A stretch of DNA of 63,961 nucleotides, the filler included, from Octopus bimaculoides (taxonomy: Eukaryota), in the NCBI RefSeq assembly GCF_001194135.2. It is 4 parts of 4 records of this genome, joined end to end, with 100 filler letters (N's around TTAATTAATTAA, not from the genome) between each part and the next. Parts side by side here need not be neighbours in the genome. Positions count along the whole stretch, not along the records: positions 35,813 to 62,717 come from NC_068984.1; positions 62,818 to 63,961 come from NC_069004.1; 2 more parts are not named here. One strand, given 5' to 3'. The position numbers were made by a program, and so were the translations under genes. Positions 60,588 through 63,961 of this stretch are shown here, one piece after another. How positions within the stretch are numbered: the first letter of the stretch is position 1; each line of letters begins with the position of its first letter. Below the pieces are notes generated by a model. That model was given only the letters and a program-made list of their open reading frames with translations, did not search any database and was not told the origin of the DNA.

Positions 60588-62111
60588 GCAATCTACTCAA
60601 GTCTCTGATTCCTATAGCTATCCCAACCAGTGGCAGAATCCCTACCACAATTATTCTAGTTCATATGGCTCTACATATACAATGTCTGGCACGGCAATGG
60701 CTGCTGTAAATGAGTGGCAGAAGCCAATATTTGGAGCCGGTGCCCCACCGTCTTACTTATCTCATCCTCTTTCTTCTGCTTCTGGTGGTATTTCATGCAC
60801 ATCAAGTCAGTTAATGAAACCAGATACTTCTCAGAAAGTAAAAGAATCTTCTTTGGAAACAAAAACGAATAAAACAAAAAAGAAGAAAAATCAAAAAAAT
60901 AAAAGTCAGCAAAATTGTTCTCAGGATACTAGTTTGCAGAATTCTTCAGATTTTGAACGAAATTGTAACAAATTAAATAATAATTATTTGCCATATAATC
61001 AGAACTGTGGCTGGGCGACACCATTGCATGGTTATCAAAATGGAAGGCCTTATTCACCAAACCCTACTGGTTATTATAATCAGCAGTACTGTTTATTTTC
61101 TGGTCCAAAGGAGCAAACCACTTCATCGTCTGCAAAATACTCACAGCAAAGTGTGCCTAGTAACAACAATAATTATAAAATCACTGCCACCAATAATTGC
61201 GTTAACTACCCAGCTAATAATTGCAGAAGTAACTACAATTATAATTATCCAGCTATGGGGTTTTCTAGCAATAGCATTAACCCAAATACTGAGTTATCCA
61301 ACAGTAACAATTATCTGGCTACAAGAGTGTCAAACAACAACGATAACAATAATAATTACTTAGCTATAGCGCAATCAGGCTGTAACCAGAGCAGCTACAA
61401 CCCAGCTATGAAGCAATCTAACAACATAAATAATGGTTACTACTCAGCTATAGAGCAACATAACAACCTAAATAATGGTTACATGTCTAACTCAGGCCCC
61501 ACAACACATTGTCAGTTGCCCTCCCAACAATATAATAAAAACAAGACCCACCACCAGTATCAGGCAGTCAATACTGGCCATTTGTCAACCACACAACAAA
61601 ATAATTACAACATGCCCCCAAACTTTAATCAACAACAGGACAGTTGTTATCCAGCGCCATCATACTTTACACCATGGCAACAGTCAGGGAACTATTCTTA
61701 TTCAGCACCACAAACTTCGTCCTTTTATTCTACTTCTCCAGTGACACCAGTTTCTGATAGTTTCTATTCAAAATCTCCAAGTTATCAATCTCCACCCACA
61801 TCTCCTACATCTGTTTCTAATCCTAAAACATTTAATACCACCCCGTCAAGTTCGTCTTTCTTTTCAAACCAAACGGCATCCTATTCCCATGTAGGTGGCC
61901 AATCATACTCTCAGTCTTGGTATCAATATAGCTACCCTTACTATGGAGGTTATCCAAGTTTTTATAGCTACCCTTACTGCCAGTATACTTCATCAGCTTC
62001 TTGTTCAGCCAATGCCCAAGTGAACTGTGGACAAAAAAATATGCAATTTGGAAACCTGAAGTCTGGAGAAAAAGCTTCTATCCCTGAAACTATCTTCGTC
62101 CCAAATTACAG
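60588..62111 (+). CDS. Large low-complexity (S/N/Q/Y-rich, prion-like) coding exon inside PREP intron 6; candidate cassette exon
   Basis: Part of a 552-codon stop-free ORF (60544-62202) in AT-rich DNA. Branch point TACTGAC at 60555-60561, pyrimidine tract and CAG ending 60587, donor CAG|GTTGTT at 62112. Length 1524 nt (508 codons), phase 2-2, compatible with the exon 6 donor. Coding status is well supported; membership in the PREP transcript is inferred. Confidence 0.75.
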
Positions 62112-62579
62112 GTTGTTATTCTATTTTCAAAATGCAACTTTTCTGTTGTTCTGTCTGTTCCACCTCCCTGGCACTTTCACTTCCAAATTTGTTTTGGAAT
62201 AGTCTCTTTCTAACCTGTCCTAGATTATTCATTTGTATTTGATCTTCAACTATCCCTTGCACTTATGTTATGTAGCTTCATCAATTGCTACAATAACATC
62301 ATAATCGCATGTTTTGGGTAGTCTTCATCATATTTTGTGTTGGTCATTTTCTGTAGTCTACTTAATAAGTCATTTTTGGATGATGTAGGTTTGATGGGTT
62401 AATACTTTGTATCTAACCTAAACAAATCATGGAAATATCCAGAGTACAGTGGGTGCTGTTTCTGTGGTGTTGGCACTACTGATGTTGTGTAACTTACAAG
62501 ACAAGTCTCTTTGACTGAGTTGAAGTGTAGTAGAGAGGGAGATGGCTTCATAGTAGACGTGTGCGTGTGTTTATGTGTA

Positions 62580-62624
<45 letters not shown>

Positions 62625-62817
62625 ATACATATATATATACATACATATATATATACATACATATATATATATATATACATACATATATATATATACATAC
62701 ATATATATATATATATANNNNNNNNNNNNNNNNNNNNNNNNNNNNNNNNNNNNNNNNNNNNTTAATTAATTAANNNNNNNNNNNNNNNNNNNNNNNNNNN
62801 NNNNNNNNNNNNNNNNN

Positions 62818-62858
<41 letters not shown>

Positions 62859-62935
62859 CACACATATATATATATATACACGCATTCATATATTGGCTAT
62901 ATTAATTATATCTAGTTTTCATTGCTTCCTTCACC

Positions 62936-62973
<38 letters not shown>

Positions 62974-63344
62974 ATATGTATATGTGTGTGTGAACTGAAG
63001 TATGTTTGTATACATAAATACACATGAAGACATGTGTGTCCGTGTGTATTTGTGAAAACTCGGTGTGCAATTGTATATGTAGGTACAATCTTTATATTTT
63101 ATAGAATTGAACGCATAATTATAAAATGTCTGTGTTCGTGTGTTGTGTAAGTGTATATATATATATGTGTGTGTATGTATATATGCATATGTGTGTATGT
63201 GTATGCATCATTTTAGAACTGGCTTGGCAATCACATGTGTAACAATAATCTGCACAACACACACACACACACACTGTATGTGCATGCACCTATATATGTG
63301 TATATATGTATGTGTGTATATGTATGTGTGTATATGTATGTATA

Positions 63345-63377
<33 letters not shown>

Positions 63378-63961
63378 GTCTATATATATATATATATGTC
63401 TATATATATATATATGTCTATATATATATATATATATATGTCTTTTTTATATATATATATGTCTATATATATATATATGTCTATATATATATATATATGT
63501 TTATATATATATATATATGTCTATATATATATATATATATATGTTTATGTATGTATACATAGACACGCACACACAAATGTACACATAATTAGAAAGTGAG
63601 TGTATATATATGTTTGCCGTGTAGTATTTCAAATACGTGCGTGCGTTTTATAGATTACTTTTATACAATTACTAAATGTATATGGATCTATAATTTATCC
63701 CTCTGCATACACACACATACCTATACAACATATGTACATACAATTATACATACATACGTATATATATATTTATGTCGATATATGTATATATATGTGTGGG
63801 TGAGTGTGTGTGTACGTGTGCGTGCGTGTGTGGGGGGTGAGGTGGGAGGTGAGTGTGTGTAATGCTATTGATATGAAGGTAGATTACATTGCAACCATTG
63901 AGATAATGAAATATTGCTACAGAGCCAGAATACAGTCTGATAATCAATAATAGCAGGATGA

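Noticed and set aside
3443-63947. Dozens of long ORFs in the track made of X runs or YI/HT/CV/YVCM repeats
   Set aside because: They are read-throughs of N gaps and dinucleotide or tetranucleotide microsatellites, with no coding signal.
62203-63961. Next canonical PREP exon (expected G-A-E-x-S-D-D-G-like motif)
   Set aside because: Searched by eye; the only acceptor-like site (62448) gives unrelated sequence with a stop, so the exon is presumably beyond the window or in a gap.

Overview
Eukaryotic, AT-rich, gappy draft-assembly DNA packed with microsatellites and tRNA-derived SINEs. The repeat landscape looks like a coleoid cephalopod (Octopus-like); this is an inference, not a database result. 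The one confidently identified gene is prolyl endopeptidase (PREP) on the + strand. Six phase-consistent exons (43734-43799, 55041-55168, 56735-56830, 57977-58145, 58895-58996, 59585-59724) encode the N-terminal ~233 aa; the rest of the gene lies beyond the window. Main discovery candidate: a 552-codon S/N/Q/Y-rich, prion-like ORF in PREP intron 6. It contains a branch point and acceptor at 60587/60588 and a donor at 62111/62112, defining a 1524-nt phase 2-2 exon that would splice in frame into the PREP beta-propeller. Second theme: several minimal type I hammerhead-ribozyme-like motifs with palindromic helix III (Penelope-associated type), at least one with an intact core. Mobile elements read directly from sequence: an intron-containing DD34E Tc1 plus an inverted solo copy of its left TIR, fragments of R4/Dong-like, CRE-like and RTE non-LTR retrotransposons, a Gypsy remnant, an internally deleted mariner, several foldback MITEs, and a tRNA-Thr-like insert flanked by a 51-bp direct repeat. 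Some orphan exon-like signals upstream of PREP could not be assigned. Most ORFs in the supplied track are microsatellite or N-gap artefacts. SINE boundaries are approximate.
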